NCBI GenBank assembly: GCA_964016885.1
Contig: OZ024741.1
Location: forward strand, 190,774,001-190,838,000
DNA from: Eledone cirrhosa
Lineage: Eukaryota
Reading direction: 5' to 3'
DNA: 64,000 nt
Shown: piece after piece, positions 36,901 to 51,900 of the stretch
How positions within the stretch are numbered: position 1 is the stretch's first letter
Layout of the letters: each line of letters starts with the position of its first letter
Made by a program: the position numbers and the translations under genes
The notes under the pieces: generated by a model
The model's input: the letters and a program-made list of their open reading frames with translations, nothing else
What the model was told of the DNA's origin: nothing
Databases searched by the model: none

Positions 36901-39900
36901 GTAAAGTGTCATATATGTTACGTGGTGGTTTGTCTGGATGGTAAAGTATCATATATGGTACCTGGTGGTTTGTCTGGATGGTAAAGTGTCATATATGTTA
37001 CCTGGTGGTTTGTCTGGATGGTAAAGTGTCATATATGTTACCTGGTGGTTTGTGTGGATGGTAAAGTTACCTGGTGGTTTGTCTGGATGGTAAAGTGTCA
37101 TATATGTTACCTGGTAGTTTGTCTGGATGGTAAAGTGTCATATATGTTACCTGGTAGTTTGTCTGGATGGTAAAGTGTCATATATGTTACCTGGTAATTT
37201 GACTGAATGGTAAAGTGTTATATATGTTACCTGGTGGTTTGTCTGGATGGTAAAGTGTCATATAAGTTACCTGGTGGTTTGTCTGGATGGTAAAGTGTTA
37301 TATATGTTACCTGGTGGTTTGTCTGGATGGTAAAGTGTTATATATGTTACCTGGTGGTTTGTCTGGATGGTAAAGTGTCATATATGTTACCTGGTGGTTT
37401 GTCTGGATGGTAAAGTTACCTGGTAGTTTGTCTGGAAGGTAAAGTGTCATATATGTTACCTGGTAGTTTGTCTGGATGGTAAAGTGTTATATATGTTACC
37501 TAGTGGTTTGTCTGGATGGAAAAGTGTCATATATGTTACCTGGTAGTTTGTCTGGATGGTAAAGTGTCATATATGTTACCTGGTGGTTTGTCTGGATGGT
37601 AAAGTGTCATATATGTTACCTGGTAGTTTGTCTGGATGGTAAAGTGTTACATATGTTACCTCGTAGTTTGTCTGGATGGTAAAGTGTCATATATGTTACC
37701 TGGTGGCTTGTCTGGATGGTAATGTGTCATATATGTTACCTGGTAGTTTGCCTGGATGGTAAAGTGTTATATATGTTACCTGGTGGTTTGTCTGGATGGT
37801 AAAGTCTCATATAAGTTACCTGGTGGTTTGTCTGGATGGTAAAGTGTTATATATGTTACCTGGTGGTTTGTCTGGATGGTAAAGTGTTATATATGTTACC
37901 TGGTGGTTTGTCTGGATGGTAAAGTGTCATATATGTTACCTGGTGGTTTGTCTGGATGATAAAGTTACCTGGTAGTTTGTCTGGATGGTAAAGTGTTATA
38001 TATGTTACCTAGTGGTTTGTCTGGATGGAAAAGTGTCATATATGTTACCTGGTAGTTTGTCTGGATGGTAAAGTGTCATATATGTTACCTGGTGGTTTGT
38101 CTGGATGGTAAAGTGTCATATATGTTACCTGGTGGTTTGTCTGGATGGTAAAGTGTCATATATGTTACCTGGTAGTTTGTCTGGATGGTAAAGTGTTACA
38201 TATGTTACCTCGTAGTTTGTGTGGATGGTAAAGTGTCATATATGTTACCTGGTGGTTTGTCTGGATGGTAAAGTTACCTGGTAGTTTGTCTGGATGGTAA
38301 AGTGTCATATATGTTACCTGGTGGTTTGTCTGGAAGGTAAAGTGTCATATATGTTACCTGGTGGTTTGTCTGGATGGTAAAGTGTTATATATGTTACCTC
38401 GTAGTTTGTCTGGATGGTAAAGTGTCATATAAGTTACCTGGTGGTTTGTCTGGATGGTAAAGTGTCATATATGTTACCTGGTGGTTTGTCTGGATGGTAA
38501 AGTGTCATATATGTTACCTGGTGGTTTGTCTGGATGGTAAAGTGTCATATATGTTACCTGGTGGTTTGTCTGGATGGTAAAGTGTTATATATGTTACCTG
38601 GTAGTTTGTCTGGATGGTAAAGTGTCATATAAGTTACCTGGTGGTTTGTCTGGATGGTAAAGTGTTATATATGTTACCTGGTAGTTTGTCTGGATGGTAA
38701 AGTGTCATATATGTTACCTGGTGGTTTGTCTGGATGGTAAAGTGTCATACATGTTACCTGGTGGTTTGTCTGGATGGTAAAGTTACCTGGTGGTTTGTCT
38801 GGATGGTAAAGTGTCCTATATGTTACCTGGTGGTTTGTCTGGATGGTAAGGTGTCATATATGTTACCTAGTGGTTTGTCTGGATGGTAAAGTGTCATATA
38901 TGTTACCTGGTGGTTTGTCTGGATGGTAAAGTGTCATACATGTTACCTGGTGGTTTGTCTGTATGGTAAAGTGTCATATATGTTACCTGGTGGTTTGTCT
39001 GGATGGTAAAGTGTCATATATGTTACGTGGTGGTTTGTCTGGATGGTAAAGTGTCATATATGGTACCTGGTGGTTTGTCTGGATGGTAAAGTGTCATATA
39101 TGTTACCTGGTGGTTTGTCTGGATGGTAAAGTGTCATATATGTTACCTGGTGGTTTGTGTGGATGGTAAAGTTACCTGGTGGTTTGTCTGGATGGTAAAG
39201 TGTCATATATGTTACCTGGTAGTTTGTCTGGATGGTAAAGTGTCATATATGTTACCTGGTAGTTTGTCTGGATGGTAAAGTGTCATATATGTTACCTGGT
39301 AGTTTGACTGGATGGTAAAGTGTTATATATGTTACCTGGTGGTTTGTCTGGATGGTAAAGTGTCATATAAGTTACCTGGTGGTTCGTCTGGATGGTAAAG
39401 TGTTATATATTTTACCTGGTGGTTTGTCTGGATGGTAAAGTGTTATATATGTTACCTGGTGGTTTGTCTGGATGGTAAAGTGTCATATATGTTACCTGGT
39501 GGTTTGTCTGGATGGTAAAGTTACCTGGTAGTTTGTCTGGAAGGTAAAGTGTCATATATGTTACCTGGTAGTTTGTCTGGATGGTAAAGTGTTATATATG
39601 TTACCTAGTGGTTTGTCTGGATGGAAAAGTGTCATATATGTTACCTGGTAGTTTGTCTGGATGGTAAAGTGTCATATATGTTACCTGGTGGTTTGTCTGG
39701 ATGGTAAAGTGTCATATATGTTACCTGGTGGTTTGTCTTGATGGTAAAGTGTCATATATGTTACCTGGTAGTTTGTCTGGATGGTAAAGTGTTACATATG
39801 TTACCTCGTAGTTTGTCTGGATGGTAAAGTGTCATATATGTTACCTGGTGGTTTGTCTGGATGGTAAAGTTACCTGGTAGTTTGTGTGGATGGTAAAGTG

Positions 39901-42900
39901 TCATATAAGTTACCTGGTGGTTTGTCTGGAAGGTAAAGTGTCATATATGTTACCTGGTGGGCTGTCTGGATGGTAAAGTGTCATATATGTTACCTGGTGG
40001 TTTGTCTGGATGGTAAAGTGTCATATATGTTACCTGGTGGTTTGTCTGGATGGTAAAGTGTCATATATGTTACCTGGTGGTTTGTCTGGATGGTAAAGTG
40101 TCATATATGTTACCTGGTGGTTTGTCTGGATGGTAAAGTGTTATATATGTTACCTGGTAGTTTGTCTGGATGGTAAAGTGTCATATATGTTACCTGGTGG
40201 TTTGTCTGGATGGTAAAGTGTCATATAAGTTACCTGTTGGTTTGTCTGGATGGTAAAGTGTTATATATGTTACCTGGTAGTTTGTCTGGATGGTAAAGTG
40301 TCATATATGTTACCTGGTGGTTTGTCTGCATGGTAAAGTGTCATACATGTTACCTGGTGGTTTGTCTGGATGGTAAAGTTACCTGGTGGTTTGTCTGGAT
40401 GGTAAAGTGTCCTATATGTTACCTGGTGGTTTGTCTGGATGGTAAAGTGTCATATATCTTACCTGGTGGTTTGTCTGGATGGTAAAGTGTCATATATGTT
40501 ACCTGGTGGTTTGTCTGGATGGTAAAGTGTCATACATGTTACCTGGTGTTTTGTCTGTATGGTAAAGTGTCATATATGTTACCTGGTGGTTTGTCTGGAT
40601 GGTAAAGTGTCATATATGTTACGTGGTGGTTTGTCTGGATGGTAAAGTGTCATATATGTTACCTGGTGGTTTGTCTGGATGGTAAAGTGTCATATATGTT
40701 ACCTGGTGGTTTGTCTGGATGGTAAAGTGTCATATATGTTACCTGGTGGTTTGTCTGGATGGTAAAGTGTTATATATGTTACCTGGTGGTTTGTCTGGAT
40801 GGTAAAGTGTCATATATCTTACCTGGTGGTTTGTCTGGATGGTAAAGTTACCTGGTAGTTTGTCTGGAAGGTAAAGTGTCATATATGTTACCTGGTAGTT
40901 TGTCTGGATGGTAAAGTGTTATATATGTTACCTAGTGGTTTGTCTGGATGGAAAAGTGTCATATATGTTACCTGGTAGTTTGTCTGGCTGGTAAAGTGTC
41001 ATATATGTTACCTGGTGGTTTGTCTGGATGGTAAAGTGTCATATATGTTACCTGGTGGTTTGTCTGGATGGTAAAGTGTCATATATGTTACCTGGTAGTT
41101 TGCCTGGATGGTAAAGTGTTACATATGTTACCTCGTAGTTTGTCTGGATGGTAAAGTGTCATATATGTTACCTGGTTGTTTGTCTGGATGGTAAAGTTAC
41201 CTGGTAGTTTGTGTGGATGGTAAAGTGTCATATAAGTTACCTGGTGGTTTGTCTGGAAGGTAAAGTGTCATATATGTTACCTGGTGGGCTGTCTGGATGG
41301 TAAAGTGTCATATATGTTACCTGGTGGTTTGTCTGGATGGTAAAGTGTCATATATGTTACCTGGTGGTTTGTCTGGATGGTAAAGTGTCATATATGTTAC
41401 CTGGTGGTTTGTCTGGATGGTAAAGTGTTATATATGTTACCTGGTAGTTTGTCTGGATGGTAAAGTGTCATATATGTTACCTGGTGGTTTGTCTGGATGG
41501 TAAAGTGTCATATAAGTTACCTGTTGGTTTGTCTGGATGGTAAAGTGTTATATATGTTACCTGGTAGTTTGTCTGGATGGTAAAGTGTCATATATGTTAC
41601 CTGGTGGTTTGTCTGCATGGTAAAGTGTCATACATGTTACCTGGTGGTTTGTCTGGATGGTAAAGTTACCTGGTGGTTTGTCTGGATGGTAAAGTGTCCT
41701 ATATGTTACCTGGTGGTTTGTCTGGATGGTAAAGTGTCATATATGTTACCTGGTGGTTTGTCTGGATGGTAAAGTGTCATATATGTTACCTGGTGGTTTG
41801 TCTGGATGGTAAAGTGTCATACATGTTACCTGGTGGTTTGTCTGTATGGTAAAGTGTCATATATGTTACCTGGTGGTTTGTCTGGATGGTAAAGTGTCAT
41901 ATATGTTACGTGGTGGTTTGTCTGGATGGTAAAGTGTCATATATGGTACCTGGTGGTTTGTCTGGATGGTAAAGTGTCATATATGTTACCTGGTGGTTTG
42001 TCTGGATGGTAAAGTGTTATATATGTTACCTGGTGGTTTGTCTGGATGGTAAAGTGTCATATATGTTACCTGGTGGTTTGTCTGGATGGTAAAGTGTCAT
42101 ATATGTTACCTGGTAGTTTGTCTGGATGGTAAAGTGTTACATATGTTACCTCGTAGTTTGTCTGGATGGTAAAGTGTCATATATGTTACCTGGTGGTTTG
42201 TCTGGATGGTAAAGTTACCTGGTAGTTTGTGTGGATGGTAAAGTGTCATATAAGTTACCTGGTGGTTTGTCTGGAAGGTAAAGTGTCATATATGTTACCT
42301 GGTGGGCTGTCTGGATGGTAAAGTGTCATATATGTTACCTGGTGGTTTGTCTGGATGGTAAAGTGTCATATATGTTACCTGGTGGTTTGTCTGGATGGTA
42401 AAGTGTCATATAAGTTACCTGGTGGTTCGTCTGGATGGTAAAGTGTTATATATTTTACCTGGTGGTTTGTCTGGATGGTAAAGTGTTATATATGTTACCT
42501 GGTGGTTTGTCTGGATGGTAAAGTGTCATATATGTTACCTGGTGGTTTGTCTGGATGGTAAAGTTACCTGGTAGTTTGTCTGGAAGGTAAAGTGTCATAT
42601 ATGTTACCTGGTAGTTTGTCTGGATGGTAAAGTGTTATATATGTTACCTAGTGGTTTGTCTGGATGGAAAAGTGTCATATATGTTACCTGGTAGTTTGTC
42701 TGGATGGTAAAGTGTCATATATGTTACCTGGTGGTTTGTCTGGATGGTAAAGTGTCATATATGTTACCTGGTGGTTTGTCTGGATGGTAAAGTGTCATAT
42801 ATGTTACCTGGTAGTTTGTCTGGATGGTAAAGTGTTACATATGTTACCTCGTAGTTTGTCTGGATGGTAAAGTGTCATATATGTTACCTGGTGGTTTGTC

Positions 42901-45900
42901 TGGATGGTAAAGTTACCTGGTAGTTTGTGTGGATGGTAAAGTGTCATATAAGTTACCTGGTGGTTTGTCTGGAAGGTAAAGTGTCATATATGTTACCTGG
43001 TGGGCTGTCTGGATGGTAAAGTGTCATATATGTTACCTGGTGGTTTGTCTGGATGGTAAAGTGTCATATATGTTACCTGGTGGTTTGTCTGGATGGTAAA
43101 GTGTCATATATGTTACCTGGTGGTTTGTCTGGATGGTAAAGTGTCATATATGTTACCTGGTGATTTGTCTGGATGGTAAAGTGTTATATATGTTACCTGG
43201 TAGTTTCTCTGGATGGTAAAGTGTCATATATGTTACCTGGTGGTTTGTCTGGATGGTAAAGTGTCATATAAGTTACCTGTTGGTTTGTCTGGATGGTAAA
43301 GTGTTATATATGTTACCTGGTAGTTTGTCTGGATGGTAAAGTGTCATATATGTTACCTGGTGGTTTGTCTGCATGGTAAAGTGTCATACATGTTACCTGG
43401 TGGTTTGTCTGGATGGTAAAGTTACCTGGTGGTTTGTCTGGATGGTAAAGTGTCCTATATGCTACCTGGTGGTTTGTCTGGATGGTAAAGTGTCATATAT
43501 GTTACCTGGTGGTTTGTCTGGATGGTAAAGTGTCATATATGTTACCTGGTGGTTTGTCTGGATGGTAAAGTGTCATACATGTTACCTGGTGGTTTGTCTG
43601 TATGGTAAAGTGTCATATATGTTACCTGGTGGTTTGTCTGGATGGTAAAGTGTTATATATGTTACGTGGTGGTTTGTCTGGATGGTAAAGTGTCATATAT
43701 GGTACCTGGTGGTTTGTCTGGATGGTAAAGTGTCATATATGTTACCTGGTGGTTTGTCTGGATGGTAAAGTGTCATATATGTTACCTGGTGGTTTGTCTG
43801 GATGGTAAAGTGTTATATATGTTACTTGGTGGTTTGTCTGGATGGTAAAGTGTCATATATGTTACCTGGTGGTTTGTCTGGATGGTAAAGTTACCTGGTA
43901 GTTTGTCTGGAAGGTAAAGTGTCATATATGTTACCTGGTAGTTTGTCTGGATGGTAAAGTGTTATATATGTTACCTAGTGGTTTGTCTGGATGGAAAAGT
44001 GTCATATATGTTACCTGGTAGTTTGTCTGGATGGTAAAGTGTCATATATGTTACCTGGTGGTTTGTCTGGATGGTAAAGTGTCATATATGTTACCTGGTG
44101 GTTTGTCTGGATGGTAAAGTGTCATATATGTTACCTGGTAGTTTGTCTGGATGGTAAAGTGTTACATATGTTACCTCGTAGTTTGTCTGGATGGTAAAGT
44201 GTCATATATGTTACCTGGTTGTTTGTCTGGATGGTAAAGTTACCTGGTAGTTTGTGTGGATGGTAAAGTGTCATATAAGTTACCTGGTGGTTTGTCTGGA
44301 AGGTAAAGTGTCATATATGTTACCTGGTGGGCTGTCTGGATGGTAAAGTGTCATATATGTTACCTGGTGGTTTGTCTGGATGGTAAAGTGTCATATATGT
44401 TACCTGGTGGTTTGTCTGGATGGTAAAGTGTCATATATGTTACCTGGTGGTTTGTCTGGATGGTAAAGTGTCATATATGTTACCTGGTGGTTTGTCTGGA
44501 TGGTAAAGTGTTATATATGTTACCTGGCAGTTTGTCTGGATGGTAAAGTGTCATATATGTTACCTGGTGGTTTGTCTGGATGGTAAAGTGTCATATAAGT
44601 TACCTGTTGGTTTGTCTGGATGGTAAAGTGTTATATATGTTACCTGGTAGTTTGTCTGGATGGTAAAGTGTCATATATGTTACCTGTTGGTTTGTCTGCA
44701 TGGTAAAGTGTCATACATGTTACCTGGTGGTTTGTCTGGATGGTAAAGTTACCTGGTGGTTTGTCTGGATGGTAAAGTGTCCTATATGTTACCTGGTGGT
44801 TTGTCTGGATGGTAAAGTGTCATATATGTTACCTGGTGGTTTGTCTGGATGGTAAAGTGTCATATATGTTACCTGGTGGTTTGTCTGGATGGTAAAGTGT
44901 CATACATGTTACCTGGTGGTTTGTCTGTATGGTAAAGTGTCATATATGTTACCTGGTGGTTTGTCTGGATGGTAAAGTGTCATATATTTTACGTGGTGGT
45001 TTGTCTGGATGGTAAAGTGTCATATATGGTACCTGGTGGTTTGTCTGGATGGTAAAGTGTCATATATGTTACCTGGTGGTTTGTCTGGATGGTAAAGTGT
45101 TATATATGTTACCTGGTGGTTTGTCTGGATGGTAAAGTGTCATATATGTTACCTGGTGGTTTGTCTGGATGGTAAAGTGTCATATATGGTACCTGGTAGT
45201 TTGTCTGGATGGTAAAGTGTTACATATGTTACCTCGTAGTTTGTCTGGATGGTAAAGTGTCATATATGTTACCTGGTGGTTTGTCTGGATGGTAAAGTTA
45301 CCTGGTAGTTTGTGTGGATGGTAAAGTGTCATATAAGTTACCTGGTGGTTTGTCTGGAAGGTAAAGTGTCATATATGTTACCTGGTGGGCTGTCTGGATG
45401 GTAAAGTGTCATATATGTTACCTGGTGGTTTGTCTGGATGGTAAAGTGTCATATATGTTACCTGGTGGTTTGTCTGGATGGTAAAGTGTCATATATGTTA
45501 GCTGGTGGTTTGTCTGGATGGTAAAGTGTCATATATGTTACCTGGTGGTTTGTCTGGATGGTAAAGTGTTATATATGTTACCTGGTAGTTTGTCTGGATG
45601 GTAAAGTGTCATATATGTTACCTGGTGGTTTGTCTGCATGGTAAAGTGTCATACATGTTACCTGGTGGTTTGTCTGGATGGTAAAGTTACCTGGTGGTTT
45701 GTCTGGATGGTAAAGTGTCCTATATGTTACCTGGTGGTTTGTCTGGATGGTAAAGTGTCATATATGTTACCTGGTGGTTTGTCTGGATGGTAAAGTGTCA
45801 TATATGTTACCTGGTGGTTTGTCTGGATGGTAAAGTGTCATACATGTTACCTGGTGGTTTGTCTGTATGGTAAAGTGTCATATATGTTACCTGGTGGTTT

Positions 45901-48900
45901 GTCTGGATGGTAAAGTGTCATATATGTTACGTGGTGGTTTGTCTGGATGGTAAAGTGTCATATATGGTACCTGGTGGTTTGTCTGGATGGTAAAGTGTCA
46001 TATATGTTACCTGGTGGTTTGTCTGGATGGTAAAGTGTCATATATGTTACCTGGTGGTTTGTCTGGATGGTAAAGTGTTATATATGTTACCTGGTAGTTT
46101 GTCTGGATGGTAAAGTGTCATATATGTTACCTGGTGGTTTGTCTGGATGGTAAAGTGTTATATATGTTACCTGGTAGTTTGTCTGGATGGTAAAGTGTCA
46201 TATAAGTTACCTGGTGGTTTGTCTGCATGGTAAAGTGTCATATATGTTACCTGGTGGTTGTCTGGATGGTAAAGTGTCATATATGTTACCTGTGGTTTGT
46301 CTGGATGGTAAAGTGTCATATATGTTACCTGGTGGTTTGTCTGGATGGTAAAGTGTCATATATGTTACCTGGTAGTTTGTCTGGATGGTTAAGTTACCTG
46401 GTGGTTTGTCTGTATGGTAAAGTGTCATATATGTTACCTGGTGGTTTGTGTGGATGGTAAATTGTCATATATGTTACCTGGTAGTTTGTCTGGATGGTAA
46501 AGTGTTATATATGTTACCTGGTGGTTTGTCTGGATGGTAAAGTGTCATATATGTTACCTGGTAGTTTGTCTGGAAGGTAAAGTGTCATATATGTTACCAG
46601 GTAGTTTGTCTGGATGGTAAAGTGTCATATATGTTATCTGGTAGTTTGTCTGGATGGTAAAGTGTCATATATGTTACCTGGTAGTTTGTCTGGATGGTAA
46701 AGTGTCATATATGTTACCTGGTAGTTTGTCTGGATGGTAAAGTGTCATATATGTTACCTGGTAGTTTGTCTGGATGGTAAAGTGTTATATATGTTACCTA
46801 GTGGTTTGTGTGGATGGTAAAGTGTCATATATGTTACCTGGTAGTTTGTCTGGATGGTAAAGTGTCATATATGTTACCTGGTAGTTTGTCTGGATGGTAA
46901 AGTGTCATATATGTTACCTGGTAGTTTGTCTGGATGGTAAAGTGTTATATATGTTACCTGGTGGTTTGTCTGGATGGTAAAGTGTCATATATGTTACCTG
47001 GTAGTTTGTCTAGATGGTAAAGTGTCATATATGTTACCTGGTGGTTTGTCTGGATGGTAAAGTGTCCTATAAGTTACCTGGTGGTTTGTCTGGATGGTAA
47101 AGTGTCATATATGTTACCTGGTGGTTTGTTTGGATGGTAAATTGTCATATATTTTACCTGGTGGTTTGTCTGGATGGTAAAGTGTCATATATGTTACCTG
47201 GTAGTTTGTCTGGATGGTAAGGTTACCTGGTGGTTTGTCTGGATGGTAAAGTGTCATATATGTTACCTGGTAGTTTGTCTAGATGGTAAAGTGTCATATA
47301 AGTTACCTGGTGGTTTGTCTGGTTGGTAAAGTGTTATATATGTTACCTGGTGGTTTGTCTGGATGGTAAAGTGTTATATATGTTACCTGGTAGTTTGTCT
47401 GGATGGTAAGGTGTCATATATGTTACCTGGTAGTTTGTCTGGATGGTAAAGTGTCATATAAGTTACCTGGTATTTTGTCTGGATGGTAAAGTGTCATATA
47501 AGTTACCTGGTAGTTTGTCTGGATGGTAAAGTGTTATATATTTAACCTGGTAGTTTGTCTGGATGGTAAAGTGTCATATATGTTACCTGGTAGTTTGTCT
47601 GGATGGTAAAGTGTCATATATGTTACCTGGTGGTTTGTCTGGATGGTAAAGTGTTATATATTTAACCTGGTAGTTTGTCTGGATGGTTAAGTTACCTGGT
47701 CGTTTGTCTGGATGGTAAAGTGTCATATATGTTACCTGGTAGTTTGTCTGGATGGTTAAGTTACCTGTTGGTTTGTCTGGATGGTAAAGTGTCATACATG
47801 TTACCTGGTAGTTTGTCTGGATGGTAAAGTGTCATATATGTTACCTGGTGGTTTGTCTGGATGGTAAAGTGTCATATATGTTACCTGGTGGTTTGTCTGG
47901 ATGGTAAAGTGTCATATATCTTACCTGATGGTTTGTCTGGATGGTCAAGTGTCATATATGTTACCTGGTAGTTTGTCTGGATGGTAAAGTGTCATATATG
48001 TTACCTGGTAGTTTGTCTGGATAGTAAAGTGTCATATATGTTACCTGGTAGTTTGTCTGGATGGTAAAGTGTCATATAAGTTACCTGGTGGTTTGTCTGG
48101 ATGGTAAAGTGTTATATATGTTACCTGGTGGTTTGTCTGGATGGTAAAGTGTTATACATGTTACCTGGTGGTTTGTCTGGATGGTAAAGTGTAATATATG
48201 TTACCTGGTGGTTTGTCTGGATGGTAAAGTGTCATATATGTTACCTGGTAGTTTGTCTGGATGGTAAAGTGTTATATATGTTAACTAGTGGTTTGTCTGG
48301 ATGGAAAAGTGTCATATATGTTACCTGGTAGTTTGTCTGGATGGTAAAGTGTCATATATGTTACCTGGTGGTTTGTCTGGATGGTAAAGTGTCATATATG
48401 TTACCTGGTGGTTTGTCTGGATGGTAAAGTGTCATATATGTTACCTGGTAGTTTGTCTGGATGGTAAAGTGTTACATATGTTACCTCGTAGTTTGTCTGG
48501 ATGGTAAAGTGTCATATATGTTACCTGGTGGTTTGTCTGGATAGTAAAGTTATCTGGTAGTTTGTCTGGATGGTAAAATGTCATATAAGTTACCTCGTAG
48601 TTTGTCTGGATGGTAAAGTGTCATATAAGTTACCTGGTGGTTTGTCTGGAAGGTAAAGTGTCATATATGTTACCTGGTGGGCTGTCAGCATGGTAATTTG
48701 TCATATATGTTACCTGGTGGTTTGTCTGGATGGTAAAGTGTCATATATGTTACCTGGTGGTTTGTCTGGATGGTAAAGTGTCATATATGTTACCTGGTTG
48801 TTTGTCTGGATGGTAAAGTGTCATATATGTTACCTGGTGGTTTGTCTGGATGGTAAAGTGTTATATATGTTAGCTGGTAGTTTGTCTGGATGGTAAAGTG

Positions 48901-51900
48901 TCATATATGTTACCTGGTGGTTTGTCTGGATGGTAAAGTGTCATACATGTTACCTGGTGGTTTGTCTGGATGGTAAAGTTACCTGGTGGTTTGTCTGGAT
49001 GGTAAAGTGTCATATATGTTACCTGGTGGTTTGTCTGGAAGTTAAAGTGTCATATAAGTTACCTGGTAGTTTGTCTGGATGGTAAAGTTACCTGGTGGTT
49101 TGTCTGGAAGGTAAATTGTCATATATGTTAACTGGTGGTTTGTCTGGATGGTAAAGTGTCATATATGTTACCTGGTGGTTTGTCTGGATGGTCAAGTGTC
49201 ATATATGTTACCTGGTGGTTTGTCTGGATGGTAAAGTGTCATACATGTTACCTGGTGGTTTGTCTGTATGGTAAAGTGTCATATACGTTACCTGGTGGTT
49301 TGTCTGGATGGTAAAGTGTCATATATGTTACCTGGTGGCTTGTCTGGATGGTAAAGTGTCATATATGTTACCTGGTGCTTTGTCTGGATGGTAAAGTGTC
49401 ACATATGTTACCTGGTGGTTTGTCTGGATGGTAAAGTGTCATATATGTTACCTGGTGGTTTGTCTGGATGGTAAAGTGTCATATATGTTACCTGGTGGTT
49501 TGTCTGGATGGTAAAGTGTTATATATGTTATCTGGTAGTTTGTCTGGATGGTAAAGTGTCATATATGTTACCTGGTGGTTTGTCTGGATGGTAAAGTGTT
49601 ATATAAGTTACCTGGTAGATTGTCTGGATGGTAAAGTGTCATATAAGTTACCTGGTGGTTTGTCTGGATGTTAAAGTGTCATATATGTTACCTGGTGGTT
49701 TGTCTGGATGGTAAAGTGTCATATATGTTACCTGGTGGTTTGTCTGGATGGTAAAGTATCATATATGTTACCTGGTAGTTTGTCTGGATGGTAGAGTGTT
49801 ATATATGTTACCTGGTGGTTTGTCTGGATGGTAAAGTGTCATATATGTTACCTGGTAGTTTGTCTGGATGGTAAAGTGTCATATATGTTACCTGGTAGTT
49901 TGTCTGGATGGTAAAGTGTCATATATGTTACCTGGTGGTTTGTCTGGATGGTAAAGTGTCATATATGTTACCTGGTAGTTTGTCTGGATGGTAAAGTGTC
50001 ATATATGTTACCTGGTAGTTTGTCTGGATGGTAAAGTGTCATATATGTTACCTGGTAGTTTGTCTGGATGGTAAAGTGTCATATATGTTACCTGGTAGTT
50101 TGTCTGGATGGTAAAGTGTTACATATGTTACCTGGTGGATTTTCTGGATGGTAAAGTGTCATATATGTTACCTGGTGGTTTGTCTGGATGGTAAAGTTAC
50201 CTGGTAATTTGTCTGGATGGTAAAGTGTCATATATGTTACCTGGTGGTTTGTCTGGATGGTAAAGTGTCATATATGTTACCTGGTGGTTTGTATGGATGG
50301 TAAAGTGTCATATATGTTACCTGGTGGTTTGTCTGGATGGTAAAGTGTCATATATGTTACCTGGTAGTTTGTCTGGATGGTAAAGTGTCATATAAGTTAC
50401 CTGGTGGTTTGTCTGGATGGTAAAGTGTTATATATGTTACCTGGTGGTTTGTCTGGATGGTAAAGTGTCATATATGTTACCTGGTGGTTTGTCTGGATGG
50501 TAAAGTTACCTGGTAGTTTGTCTGGATGGTAAAGTGTCATATATGTTACCTGGTAATTTGTCTGGATGGTAAAGTGTTATATATGTTAACTAGTGGTTTG
50601 TCTGGATGGAAAAGTGTCATATATGTTACCTGGTAGTTTGTCTGGATGGTAAAGTGTCATATATGTTACCTGGTGGTTTGTCTGGATGGTAAAGTGTCAT
50701 ATATGTTACCTGGTGGTTTGTCTGGATGGTAAAGTGTCATATATGTTACCTGGTAGTTTGTCTGGATGGTAAAGTGTTACATATGTTACCTCATAGTTTG
50801 TCTGGATGGTAAAGTGTCATATATGTTACCTGGTGGTTTGTCTGGATGGTAAAGTTACCTGCTAGTTTGTCTGGATGGTAAAATGTCATATAAGTTACCT
50901 CGTAGTTTGTCTGGATGGTAAAGTGTCATATATGTTACCTGGTGGTTTGTCTGGAAGGTAAAGTGTCATATATGTTACCTGGTGGTTTGTCTGGATGGTA
51001 AAGTGTTATATATGTTACCTCGTAGTTTGTCTGGATGGTAAAGTGTCATATAAGTTACCTGGTGGTTTGTCTGGAAGGTAAAGTGTCATATATGTTACCT
51101 GGTGGGCTGTCTGGATGGTAAAGTGTCATATATGTTACCTGGTGGTTTGTCTGGATGGTAAAGTGTCATATATGTTACCTGGTGGTTTGTCTGGATGGTA
51201 AAGTGTCATATATGTTACCTGGTTGTTTGTCTGGATGGTAAAGTGTCATATATGTTACCTGGTGGTTTTTCTGGATGGTAAAGTGTTATATATGTTACCT
51301 GGTAGTTTGTCTGGATGGTAAAGTGTCATATATGTTACCTGGTGGTTTGTCTGGATGGTAAAGTGTCATATAAGTTACCTGGTGGTTTGTCTGGATGGTA
51401 AAGTGTTATATATGTTACCTGGTAGTTTGTCTGGATGGTAAAGTGTCATATATGTTACCTGGTGGTTTGTCTGGATGGTAAAGTGTCATACATGTTACCT
51501 GGTGGTTTGTCTGGATGGTAAAGTGTCATATATGTTACCTGGTGGTTTGTCTGGAAGTTAAAGTGTCATATAAGTTACCTGGTAGTTTGTCTGGATGGTA
51601 AAGTTACCTGGTGGTTTGTCTGGAAGGTAAAGTGTTATATATGTTACCTGGTGGTTTGTCTGGATGGTAAAGTGTCATATATGTTACCTGGTGGTTTGTC
51701 TGGATGGTCAAGTGTCATATATGTTACCTGGTGGTTTGTCTGGATGGTAAAGTGTCATACATGTTACCTGGTGGTTTGTCTGTATGGTAAAGTGTCATAT
51801 ATGTTACCTGGTGGTTTGTCTGAATGGTAAAGTGTCATATATGTTACCTGGTGGCTTGTCTGGATGGTAAAGTGTCATATATGTTACCTGGTGCTTTGTC

